A DNA stretch of 20,957 nucleotides from Candidatus Heimdallarchaeota archaeon (GCA_015523565.1 WAKA01000181.1:1-20957); one strand, 5' to 3'. Counted from the first letter of the stretch, positions 1 through 8,754 are shown. The notes: generated from the letters alone by a model not told the origin. Numbers and translations: made by a program.

Positions 1-326
1 GTATATAATTAATTGCTTAGGTATAAAGGATTGACCCCGCAAAACGTGCTCATTTATTTTTTGAAGGCAAGAAAGCCCGTTTGGAGAATGCTGAAACAAG
101 AATGGGCAAAAGAAAGAAATTCGAATTTTTCGATCAGAAACAGCAAAAATTTCAATCATTTGCCCGAAAAAAACCCAATTCGGTTGCACGAAATGCCAAG
201 AATGCAGAATATATGTACGAGATTTTTGAATTTTGAACTTTGGCTTTTTTTTTGGGAAAGTATGTGTTTTGTACTGCAATCAAAGAGAATCACTTAATTA
301 GGGATTAAGAGGAAATGTGATTGAGC

Positions 327-341
327 AGTGCCAATGGCACT
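327..341. promoter_or_regulatory. Perfect 15-bp palindrome AGTGCCA-A-TGGCACT just upstream of the ferredoxin start
   Basis: Directly visible; ends 18 nt before ATG 360. Confidence 0.4.
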
Positions 342-359
342 TAAAGAAGGTTGATTATC

Positions 360-680
360 ATGCCTATCGACGAAGATTTTAAAGAAAAACTATCTGTAGC
401 AGCACAGCACCCTGAATTTGGCTATGATATTTGGGGAGAATACAACCCACCCGAAAAGTTGGGAATTCATGGATCAAGGGTGGCTGTTGACTTTGACATC
501 TGCATTGGTGATGGTGCTTGCGTGGATGTTTGCCCAGAAGAAGTGTTTGAATGGGTAGAGTATCCAGGTCACCCCGCATCCACAAAGAAAGCGGCACCTG
601 CAAGAGAGGCAGACTGCATTGAATGCCTTGCTTGTGAAGACGATTGTCCCGTTGTTGCAATTAAGATATTTCCAGAATAA
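360..680 (+). CDS. zfx: Dicluster (7Fe: [3Fe-4S]+[4Fe-4S]) ferredoxin of the archaeal zinc-containing ferredoxin family
   Basis: Motifs CIGDGACVDVCP (CxxDxxC...CP) and CIECLACEDDCP. The N-terminal extension PPEKLGIHG..VAVDFDIC and the segment PGHPAS.KKA closely follow the Sulfolobus Zn-ferredoxin. ATG at 360 (MPIDEDF) is preferred over TTG 351 because it aligns with the family N-terminus. Confidence 0.9.
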   Translation: MPIDEDFKEKLSVAAQHPEFGYDIWGEYNPPEKLGIHGSRVAVDFDICIGDGACVDVCPEEVFEWVEYPGHPASTKKAAPAREADCIECLACEDDCPVVAIKIFPE

Positions 681-683
681 AAT

Positions 684-1121
684 CTATTGGATGGAATTTA
701 GGAAACGTAAAGACACACTATTTTTTAGGGAATTAGGTCGAACTTTGCGTACTTTTTCAATACTTTCTGATATGGACAGAGCATGTGCTTTAGCCAAATA
801 ATATGCCAAAAATACACCAGTTCTTTCTTGACCAAATTGACAATGAACAACTGCCTTCTTTCCACTTTTTTTCAATTCCCTCATTTTTGAAACAAAAAAA
901 TCCAGTTGATCTTGTGTAGGAATGAAAGACACTGGGAGATGGATAATCTCCAAAGGGAGTTTATACTTAGATGCCAACTTTTCTGCGGCGGTAAGGTCGG
1001 GAGTCAGAACAAAGACGTGAGAAATTCCGTTTCTGACAAACTCCTTAAGGTCTTCAATTTCGTAGGGGGCATCGGAGCCAGCGAGTTCATCGCAGACGAA
1101 AGAGAAATTTGTAAGGGTCAC
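684..1121 (-). CDS. Dual-specificity/protein-tyrosine phosphatase family protein (CX5R)
   Basis: VVHCQFGQERTG P-loop (HCx5RT), N-terminal LAGS..P, GISHVFVLT, and C-terminal SIEKVRKVRPNSL are typical of small archaeal DSPs. GTG start. Confidence 0.85.
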   Translation of the reverse strand: MTLTNFSFVCDELAGSDAPYEIEDLKEFVRNGISHVFVLTPDLTAAEKLASKYKLPLEIIHLPVSFIPTQDQLDFFVSKMRELKKSGKKAVVHCQFGQERTGVFLAYYLAKAHALSISESIEKVRKVRPNSLKNSVSLRFLNSIQ

Positions 1122-1155
1122 AATCCACGATAAATGCCATCTGCTTTAAGGAAAT

Positions 1156-1500
1156 CTACAGAACCTCATAATATGTGTCAAGTTTTTCCTTAAGGAGATC
1201 AATAAGTGCCTTTTCCTCATCCGTTATTTTTCCGTCCCTCATTGCCACCTTGACACTATTGTCAATAATACGTTTCAAGGCTTCTTTCTTCCATTCTTTT
1301 GGCAATAGATCGGGGTTCGACGCTTTGACATTCATGATTTCTTTTTCAAGGTCACGGACATCTAGTTGGATTTGATGGATGACTTCGGCTTCATCCCTTG
1401 AAATGTAGCCATCTTCTTGAGCTTTCTTGACCAAGTCAACCAACAGATGTTTCATGTTGTATGGAATTTTCTCACGAGGCATTACAATACCATCTTGCAT
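1156..1500 (-). CDS. Hypothetical helical protein with two TerB-like A..DG.I...E motifs
   Basis: Internal repeat AQEDGYISRDEAEVI / AMRDGKITDEEKALI. Charged helical composition. Start may be the second Met (MPREK). Confidence 0.65.
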   Translation of the reverse strand: MQDGIVMPREKIPYNMKHLLVDLVKKAQEDGYISRDEAEVIHQIQLDVRDLEKEIMNVKASNPDLLPKEWKKEALKRIIDNSVKVAMRDGKITDEEKALIDLLKEKLDTYYEVL

Positions 1501-1609
1501 ATCTCAATGAAAAATATTCTTCTTTGTCAGATGGATTTTTACCAAACTTCGTTCAGTTCATTGTTCGAACAAATAAATAAGTTATAAAATCCCAATAAGA
1601 ATCGTAGAA

Positions 1610-4387
1610 GTGGTAAGAATGGACAAAAAAGAGTTGAAGAAGATCTTCACCCCAGAACAGTACAAGGTAAAATTATTTGATGAAATGGGGCATGAAAGAC
1701 GCCAATGCATAAAATGTGGAAAATATTTTTGGTCAATTGATGCAGACAGGAAAGTTTGTGGAGATACAGTCTGTGAAGGTGGTTACAAGTTCATTGGCAA
1801 AAAAGGAAAAAATTGGGATTTTCATGAAACAATCAAGCGCTTGACTGATTTTTTCAAAAGAAATGGACATGAGGTCATTGACAGCTATCCAATTGTGGCA
1901 AGATGGAGAGCAGACCTTGACTTTACCATTGCAAGCATCGCAACTCTTCAACCGTGGGTGACAAACGGCACAGTGGAACCACCTGCAAATCCACTTGTAA
2001 TTGCTCAACCTTGCTTAAGATTTGGTGGGGAATTCAATGATTTAGATAACATAGGCAGGACTGGAAGACACCTCTCGTCATTTGTGATGTTTGGACAGCA
2101 CGCATTCAATAGCAAAAAACTAACAAATGGGTACTGGATGGACAGATGCATAGAGCTCAATTTCAATTTCCTCAACAAGGAACTGGGATTGAAACCAGAA
2201 GAAATAACCTATGTGGAAGACATTTGGGCAGGAGGCGGGAATTTTGGACCAAATCTGGAGAGTATGGCGCTAGGGGCTGAAATTGTCAATTCTGTTTTTA
2301 TGCAATATGAGTTGACAAAAAATGGATACCGTGATATGGACATTAAGGTAATTGATGTGGGTTGGGGTGCTGAAAGAGTCAGTTGGTTTTCACAAGGGAC
2401 ACCAACCATCTATGAAGCAACATTTGGACCTGTATTTGATTATTTGGTTAAACAGACAGGATTGAAGATTGACCATGATCTGCTCAACAAATATTCAACA
2501 CAGGCAGGATTGTTGAACATAGATGATGTGAAAGATGTCAAATCGGCAAGGAGTGGAATTGCAAAAAATTTGGGTATGACGCTTGATGAATTAAATGAAC
2601 GACTCGGACCCTTAGAAGGTCTTTATGCAATAGGCGACCATACAAGAACTGTAGCCTTTGCATTTGCAGATGGCGCAATCCCAAGCAATGTGGGAGGCGG
2701 ATATAACCTAAGAGTGGTACTGAGGAGAGTTTTCAACATAAATGAGTTGTATGGGTTTGGTTTGGACATTACAGAGGTGATACAGAAGCAGATAGATTAC
2801 GTGTCGAAATCATATCCCAGATTGAAGAATGTCAGGGATTATGTTGGAACCCTAGTAGATTTAGAATATGACAGATTGCAAACAACAATCAAGAAAGGAA
2901 AAAGTTATGTCAAAAGGTTGCTTAAATCAAAAAGCAGGATAGACGAGAAAAAGCTTATTGAACTATACCAAAGTCATGGAATGCCTCCTGAGACAGTCCA
3001 GACAATTGCAAAGGAAGAGGGCAAAAACGTGGAAATTCCACAAGATTTCTATAGCAAGGTTGGAGAATTGCAAACAAAGAAAGAAGAGCATGAGGAGGAA
3101 GTGCCTTTTAATCTTGATGAATTAAAGGGCATAGAGACCTATGCAGAATATTATGAAATCCCATACAAATATGAAAGTGAAGGAAAGGTCATCAAGAAGT
3201 TGGATGACTTACATTTTGTTCTAGACAAGACCATAATTTATCCAATAGGCGGTGGACAGCATGAGGATCATGCAACCATAAAAGTAGGGAGATCCAAGGG
3301 AAGGGTGATAGATTCAAGAAAATATGGGAAAGCGATTGTCCATACCTTAGAAAAACCAATGCCAGCGCTTAAGGAGGGCAAGAAAGTCAAGATCATTCTT
3401 GACAAGGAAAGAAGACTCATCTTGATGAGGCATCATTCTGCAGTTCACATTGTGGGAGGTGCCGCAAGACATGTTTTGGGACCACACGTATGGCAGACAG
3501 GGACAGACAAGTCTGTTGAAAAAGCAAGACTTGATATCACACATTGGGACAACATTTCATTGGAAGAGTTGGAGAAGATAGAAAGGGTTGCCAACGACAT
3601 TGTCATGGCAAATCTGTATGTACCGAAGCATGTCATGAAAAGAACTGATGCTGAACAGAAATATGGGTTCACCATCTATCAGGGACCAGTCATACCGGGA
3701 AGAAACCTGAGGATTGTTGAAATCCCCAATTTTGATATTGAAGCATGTGGTGGAACCCATGTTGAAAGGACTGGAGAAGTTGGATTTATTAGATTGCTTG
3801 GAACAGAAAAAATACAGGATGGGGTAATCAGAATTAATTTGACAGCAGGAACAAGGGCGGTCGAAACGGTAGAGCATGAGTTCAGGGTCATGAAAGAGGC
3901 GGCAGAGGTTTTCAAAGTCAATCCAGAACAACTTCCAGCTACAGCCAAACGTTTCTGGAATGAATGGAAGGAGCAAAGGAAGAAAATAGAGCAACTCACC
4001 AATGAATTGGCAGAAGCAAAAATCCCAATTGCCATTTCCAATGCCAAAGATTTGCAAATCTCTTCAGGTAAGATCAAATTAATTGCAATGAGACAGGATG
4101 GGGATATTCAAAATCTGATTAAACTAGCGGACAAAATTGCCTCAGAAACAGCCAATGCAAATTATCTAGTCGTAATAATGGGAAGCCATCAGGGAAGAGC
4201 CCAAATTGTTGTCGCCAGATCAAAAGGCACGAAATATGAGATAAGCAAAATAGTTCGTGCAATTGGAAAACTGATAGGTGGTGGGGGTGGAGGCAAGGGG
4301 GATGTTGTTTCAGGAGGCGGAAGTAAACCAGAAAACATTCCAGAAGCATTCAAACAGATTGAAGACATAATTAAGAAGAATCTCTGA
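1610..4387 (+). CDS. alaS: Alanine--tRNA ligase, archaeal type, full length
   Basis: N-terminal CxxC..FWS..CGD Zn motif; YPIVARWR..LDFTIASI; PPANPLVIAQPCLR; GRTGRH; WAGGGNFGP; editing-domain HHSAVH and EACGGTH; C-terminal DHHA1 with GGGGGG. Start is GTG 1610 or ATG 1619. Confidence 0.98.
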   Translation: MVRMDKKELKKIFTPEQYKVKLFDEMGHERRQCIKCGKYFWSIDADRKVCGDTVCEGGYKFIGKKGKNWDFHETIKRLTDFFKRNGHEVIDSYPIVARWRADLDFTIASIATLQPWVTNGTVEPPANPLVIAQPCLRFGGEFNDLDNIGRTGRHLSSFVMFGQHAFNSKKLTNGYWMDRCIELNFNFLNKELGLKPEEITYVEDIWAGGGNFGPNLESMALGAEIVNSVFMQYELTKNGYRDMDIKVIDVGWGAERVSWFSQGTPTIYEATFGPVFDYLVKQTGLKIDHDLLNKYSTQAGLLNIDDVKDVKSARSGIAKNLGMTLDELNERLGPLEGLYAIGDHTRTVAFAFADGAIPSNVGGGYNLRVVLRRVFNINELYGFGLDITEVIQKQIDYVSKSYPRLKNVRDYVGTLVDLEYDRLQTTIKKGKSYVKRLLKSKSRIDEKKLIELYQSHGMPPETVQTIAKEEGKNVEIPQDFYSKVGELQTKKEEHEEEVPFNLDELKGIETYAEYYEIPYKYESEGKVIKKLDDLHFVLDKTIIYPIGGGQHEDHATIKVGRSKGRVIDSRKYGKAIVHTLEKPMPALKEGKKVKIILDKERRLILMRHHSAVHIVGGAARHVLGPHVWQTGTDKSVEKARLDITHWDNISLEELEKIERVANDIVMANLYVPKHVMKRTDAEQKYGFTIYQGPVIPGRNLRIVEIPNFDIEACGGTHVERTGEVGFIRLLGTEKIQDGVIRINLTAGTRAVETVEHEFRVMKEAAEVFKVNPEQLPATAKRFWNEWKEQRKKIEQLTNELAEAKIPIAISNAKDLQISSGKIKLIAMRQDGDIQNLIKLADKIASETANANYLVVIMGSHQGRAQIVVARSKGTKYEISKIVRAIGKLIGGGGGGKGDVVSGGGSKPENIPEAFKQIEDIIKKNL

Positions 4388-4424
4388 AGAGAATTTTCTA
4401 GAATAGTTAAGAATTCAGGTATTT

Positions 4425-4457
4425 AGAGTAGTGCTTTAAAATGCAAAGCATTACTTT
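4425..4457. terminator. Inverted repeat between alaS and sucC (terminator hairpin, or operator over the sucCD TATA box)
   Basis: AGAGTAGTGCTTT-AAAATGC-AAAGCATTACTTT: 13-bp stem with two G:U pairs, followed by a T-rich tract. Contains TTTAAAA at 4435-4441. Confidence 0.4.
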
Positions 4458-4484
4458 CATTTGTTTTCAACCACTGTACAGGAT

Positions 4485-5642
4485 GTGTTCAAAATAGGAT
4501 TACTTTTAGAATATGAAGGAAAACAACTTTTCAAAAAATATAAGATACCAGTAGTGAATTCGATGCTGGTAACAAATGAGGAAGAGGCAAAAAAGGCATC
4601 GGAAACACTTGGTCTTCCTGTTGCCGTCAAGGCACAGGTGCTTTCAGGAAGGCGAGGGAAAAGGGGACTAATCAAGATTGCCAAGACTCCTGAAGAGGTC
4701 ATTGAATATTCCAAACAAATCCTCTCAATGGAGTCAGATGGTAGACCCGTGACCCACTTATTGATAGAGGAGGGAGCAGATATTGAGAAGGAATTCTTTA
4801 TTTCGATGATTTTCGACCCAGAAACGTATGATCAGTTAGTTCTCTTCAGTACAGAAGGAGGGGTTGATATTGAGGAATTGGCAAACGAGAGACCAGAAGC
4901 GATTGAAAGGATAACCCTGCCATTCAATACCGAGATTTATTCGTTCCATTTTATTGATGCATTGAAAAGAAGAGGCTTGGAAGGAAAAGTATTGACTCAA
5001 ACGGCAAATATCATGGCAACATTGGCAAAAATGATGTATACAGAAGACCTAACCCTTGCAGAAATCAATCCCCTTGTAGTGACCAAGTCAGGAGAAGTCA
5101 TTGCCTTGGATTCGAAAGTGGGTACAGATGATGATGCAATATTCAGGCATCCAGAAAGAAAAGAATACCTTTCTGAAAAACTAAGGTATACAAAAGAAGA
5201 AAAAGAAGCAAAAGAAAAAGGCTTGGCCTATGTTGATTTAGGAGGAGATATCGGAATGCTTTCGTGCGGTGCAGGTATGGGAATGGCAACCGCAGATTTG
5301 ATTGAATACTTCGGAGGATCCCCTAGAAACTTCTTGGATGTTGGAGGTGGTGCTTCCCCTGAAAAGGTTGAAGAGGCATTGAGAATCATGACATCCGTGC
5401 CAGGTCTCAAATCAATACTCATCAATGCCTTTGGAGGAATAACACGACTTGATGATGTCGCAAAGGGAATAATTGAGGCCAAGAAAAAATATAATATCAA
5501 TATCCCAATAGTCATACGTTTTTCAGGGACAAACCAAGAGGAAGGAGTCAGGATTTTGAAGGAACATGGTTTGGACGCGTATTTGGATATGGAACCAGCC
5601 ATAGAAAAGGCTGTCGAGCTTGCAAAGAAGGAGGAAGCGTAA
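4485..5642 (+). CDS. sucC: Succinyl-CoA synthetase (ADP-forming) beta subunit
   Basis: [77 protein letters not shown]. Start uncertain (TTG 4461, GTG 4485 or ATA 4494). The stop overlaps the sucD start (TAATG at 5640-5644). Confidence 0.95.
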   Translation: MFKIGLLLEYEGKQLFKKYKIPVVNSMLVTNEEEAKKASETLGLPVAVKAQVLSGRRGKRGLIKIAKTPEEVIEYSKQILSMESDGRPVTHLLIEEGADIEKEFFISMIFDPETYDQLVLFSTEGGVDIEELANERPEAIERITLPFNTEIYSFHFIDALKRRGLEGKVLTQTANIMATLAKMMYTEDLTLAEINPLVVTKSGEVIALDSKVGTDDDAIFRHPERKEYLSEKLRYTKEEKEAKEKGLAYVDLGGDIGMLSCGAGMGMATADLIEYFGGSPRNFLDVGGGASPEKVEEALRIMTSVPGLKSILINAFGGITRLDDVAKGIIEAKKKYNINIPIVIRFSGTNQEEGVRILKEHGLDAYLDMEPAIEKAVELAKKEEA

Positions 5643-6502
5643 TGGCAATATTGTTAAACAAGGATACAAAAGTTATAGTCCAAGGAATTACAGGATACCA
5701 AGGGAGATTCCATGCAAATAAAATGCGGGAATATGGAACCCAAGTCGTGGGAGGTGTAAGGCCTGGCAAGGGAGGTCAAGAAGTCGATGGTATACCCGTC
5801 TTTGATAGTGTAAAGGAAGCAATGGAAAAAACTGGTGCAACAGCCTCAGTCATTTTTATCCCAGCATCAGGAACAAAATCAGCTGTTTATGAGGCTGTTG
5901 AGGCAGGAATTGAATTACTGGTCGTCATTACTGAAGGCGTTCCGAAGCTTGATGCAATAGCGTCTGTCAAGAAAAGCAAGGCAAATAATGTTGTCATGAT
6001 CGGACCAAACTGCCCAGGATTAATCACCCCTGGAGAGGCAAAAATCGGGATCATTCCAGGGAACATTGTTTCAAAAGGAAATGTGGGAGTTGTCTCAAGA
6101 TCAGGCACATTGACATATGAGGTTCTTGCCCAATTGACAAAAGCTGGAATGGGACAGTCCACATGTGTAGGAATTGGAGGTGACCCATTCAAAGGATCGA
6201 ACTTTATCGACATTCTTGAGAAATTCGAGAATGACCCTGCCACTGAGAAAATTGTCATGATTGGGGAAATCGGAGGAAACGCTGAAGAGAAGGCGGCGGA
6301 ATACATTAAAGAACATGTCACAAAACCAGTCGTCGGATTTATTGCAGGTAAGACAGCAAAAGAAGGTAAGACAATGGGACATGCAGGTGCTATCGTTCAA
6401 GGGAATGTGGGGACGGCAGAAGGTAAAATCAAGGCATTGCGTAATGCAGGAGTCAAAGTGGCAGACAAACTTTCAGATATACCAAAACTTCTTAGTGAAT
6501 AA
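5642..6502 (+). CDS. sucD: Succinyl-CoA synthetase alpha subunit
   Basis: [50 protein letters not shown], and the phospho-His motif MGHAGA. Confidence 0.97.
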   Translation: MAILLNKDTKVIVQGITGYQGRFHANKMREYGTQVVGGVRPGKGGQEVDGIPVFDSVKEAMEKTGATASVIFIPASGTKSAVYEAVEAGIELLVVITEGVPKLDAIASVKKSKANNVVMIGPNCPGLITPGEAKIGIIPGNIVSKGNVGVVSRSGTLTYEVLAQLTKAGMGQSTCVGIGGDPFKGSNFIDILEKFENDPATEKIVMIGEIGGNAEEKAAEYIKEHVTKPVVGFIAGKTAKEGKTMGHAGAIVQGNVGTAEGKIKALRNAGVKVADKLSDIPKLLSE

Positions 6503-6698
6503 TCCATTCAAAGTCAAATGAAATTATCAACGTGCATACCATCATATCAATCATAGGATTATGTGGAAAATTCGTCTATAAGAAAAAATTGCTATAAAGA
6601 ATATTCCATTTTTTGGATGTCCGAAATAAAATGTTCGAAATTAATTACAGCAAATATAGTGAATAAAGGCGGTAAGATAAGCAACAGCTATCATTTAC

Positions 6699-6706
6699 TT
6701 TATATA
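6699..6706 (+). promoter_or_regulatory. Candidate archaeal TATA box for the FTR1 gene
   Basis: TTTATATA matches the archaeal TATA consensus, about 75 nt upstream of ATG 6779. Confidence 0.45.
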
Positions 6707-6745
6707 GGAACAGACCATACATTATTTGTAATTCGAACAACATTA

Positions 6746-6759
6746 TTCGGGTTACCGAA
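6746..6759. promoter_or_regulatory. Perfect palindrome TTCGG-GTTA-CCGAA, candidate metal-responsive (DtxR/MntR-type) operator of the iron permease
   Basis: Lies between a TATA-like TTTATATA (6699-6706) and the SD/ATG. A second copy with one mismatch is at 6612-6625. Confidence 0.55.
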
Positions 6760-6778
6760 AACATAGGTGAAAACACAA

Positions 6779-7636
6779 ATGGTTACAATATCACTTGCTT
6801 CGTTCATCCTAGTATTGAGAGAGACAATTGAGGCCGCGTTGATTGTCAGCATTCTGCTGGCATACCTTGACAAAACCAATAGTCAAAAGTTCAAGAGAGA
6901 TGTTTGGATTGGAACAATTGCAGCAACCATTATTTCGATCATTGGTGCACTTGCATTCACAAACATTCTTGGAGGTTTTGAAGGGGATGCTGAAAAATTA
7001 TTTGAAGGGACAGTAATGGTCATCGCCGCGGGGGTATTGTCATGGATGATAATATGGATGTTGAAAAATGGAAGGATGATCAAATATGAGCTTCAGTCGA
7101 AAGTCGATTTGGCTTTAAATGAAGACAAGAAATTTGCAATATTTACATTGGCATTTATTGCAGTCTTAAGGGAGGGAATTGAAACTGTCCTTTTCATTGG
7201 TGGAATTGCATCTAATGAAGACCCTACAAGTGTTTTAATATCATCTCTGTTCGGTGCCTTATCAGCAGTTGCCATTGCGGTAATGCTTTTCAGGGGCATT
7301 ATCAATTTGAACCTCAAAAAATTCTTTAACACAACAAGTGCAATCCTGATGGTATTTGCAGCAGGATTATTTACACAAGGAGTGCATGAGTTTCAAGAAT
7401 TGGGATGGTTTGGACCAGAGGAATCCTTCCTCAACACAAGCCTGTTTGTTCTTCCCCTTAGTGATGGAGAAGGAGTCTTGGGACCGCTTCTTAGAGCCTT
7501 GGTTGGCTATCAAGACAAACCCACTCCTTTGGAAATTATGGCTTATGCATTTTATTGGATTGCAATAATATTCGTGTATTTCAGAATTAGAGCAAATTTC
7601 GAAAAACAATATGCAAGGATTGCCACAACTGCATAA
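6779..7636 (+). CDS. FTR1/EfeU-family iron permease
   Basis: Two RExxE motifs (LRETIEA, LREGIET), about 7 hydrophobic segments, and GVHEFQE. ATG 6779 is preceded by SD-like AGGTGA at 6765-6770. Confidence 0.92.
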   Translation: MVTISLASFILVLRETIEAALIVSILLAYLDKTNSQKFKRDVWIGTIAATIISIIGALAFTNILGGFEGDAEKLFEGTVMVIAAGVLSWMIIWMLKNGRMIKYELQSKVDLALNEDKKFAIFTLAFIAVLREGIETVLFIGGIASNEDPTSVLISSLFGALSAVAIAVMLFRGIINLNLKKFFNTTSAILMVFAAGLFTQGVHEFQELGWFGPEESFLNTSLFVLPLSDGEGVLGPLLRALVGYQDKPTPLEIMAYAFYWIAIIFVYFRIRANFEKQYARIATTA

Positions 7637-7711
7637 AAGAAATAACTGTGTAATTGTGAAATAACTGAAGAGTAAAAAAAATGTCTTTATTTTCTGTAAT
7701 TCATTCAGGTT

Positions 7712-8326
7712 ATGGAAACAATAGAAGAAGTTTTGGAACGTTTAGAAATTGAAGATGACAGGCAAAGGTCTGAAAATTTACCTTATGAACAAAGAGACAA
7801 TTCAATTCCACGGGATGTTGGGGAATTCATCAGTGTTTTAGTAAGATTGATCAAACCTAAAACCATAGTTGAAATAGGATCGTCAACAGGTTATTCAACA
7901 ATTTGGTTGGGATTGGCGGCATCATCCTATGGGGGAAAAGTGATTTCATACGAAAAGGACACGAATAAGGCGGAAAAGGCAAAAAACAATATCGAGGCGG
8001 CAGGGCTAGCAGACATTGTGGAAATCAGGAATGAGGACATTTTTGATGCAGATGTTCCAGGTATGGATTTTGTATTTTTAGATGCAGACAGGGATGATTA
8101 CAAGAGGCATTTTGAGAATATCTTTCCAAAACTGAAGCCTGGTGGAGGAGTTTTGGCAAATAATACATTAGGATATTTTGAACAACTTAGAAAATACATT
8201 GAGCATGTTAGGGATCACCCTGAATGCAATTCCGTTTTGATAGCCATCGGACATGGTCTTGAGCTTACCTACAAGTTTGGGGAAAATGAAAACAGTGCAT
8301 TTCAATTGTTTACTCTTGTCAGATAA
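7712..8326 (+). CDS. Class I SAM-dependent O-methyltransferase (CCoAOMT/COMT/TrmR-like)
   Basis: VEIGSSTGYSTIWL SAM motif, DFVFLDAD, LKPGG, C-terminal IGHGL. Confidence 0.88.
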   Translation: METIEEVLERLEIEDDRQRSENLPYEQRDNSIPRDVGEFISVLVRLIKPKTIVEIGSSTGYSTIWLGLAASSYGGKVISYEKDTNKAEKAKNNIEAAGLADIVEIRNEDIFDADVPGMDFVFLDADRDDYKRHFENIFPKLKPGGGVLANNTLGYFEQLRKYIEHVRDHPECNSVLIAIGHGLELTYKFGENENSAFQLFTLVR

Positions 8327-8403
8327 TGGAGGAAAATATTAGAGAAATAAAATAACTTAAATAGTGGGAAATTATATCATTCATTACTTATTGAGGGACT
8401 AAT

Positions 8404-8754
8404 ATGCCATTATACGGAAGTTATCTATGCGAAGGGTGCTTAAGACCAATACCAAGACCAGGAAAATGCAATCGGTGCATTACAAAAGAAATTGCAACAA
8501 TACGGGCAGGAAATTATTGTGATCATTGCCACAAAAGCGCAATGGAAACAAAACTCTATTTGAATATCAAGACAAAAACAAGATATTGTCCAGAATGCAT
8601 GGCTCAATTTAGAAGTGGGTTGATATGGAAAGGAGCGTTTACAGCAGAGCAGGCAGAAAGGATCATTGCCAAAGATTTTGTACCTATTGCAGATCCAACA
8701 CGTAAACCAAAAATCCACCATAGGCAACGCACTAGACCCGATCCGATTGAGTAG
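8404..8754 (+). CDS. Hypothetical Zn-binding protein with four CxxC pairs
   Basis: CEGC, CNRC, CDHC, CPEC. SD-like GAGGG lies upstream of the ATG. The 3' end overlaps the convergent MMPL gene by 23 nt. Confidence 0.7.
   Translation: MPLYGSYLCEGCLRPIPRPGKCNRCITKEIATIRAGNYCDHCHKSAMETKLYLNIKTKTRYCPECMAQFRSGLIWKGAFTAEQAERIIAKDFVPIADPTRKPKIHHRQRTRPDPIE

Noticed and set aside
13-297. 94-aa ORF upstream of the ferredoxin
   Set aside because: TTG start, no recognisable motif, and it runs through A/T tracts and palindromes that look regulatory; probably non-coding.
1610-4387. Split, truncated or intein-containing AlaRS
   Set aside because: The ORF is continuous, of normal length, with aminoacylation, editing and C-Ala domains all present.
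117-6740. TTCGAA-centred palindromes at 117-128, 1561-1572, ~6634 and ~6732 as a common operator
   Set aside because: TTCGAA also occurs several times inside coding regions (sucC, FTR1, MMPL, pilin, LRR) and the flanks differ; not distinguishable from background.
6563-6766. 67-aa ORF in frame just before the FTR1 gene (possible read-through or leader peptide)
   Set aside because: It overlaps the TATA box and operator-like palindromes, the composition is not protein-like, and FTR1 has its own SD and ATG.
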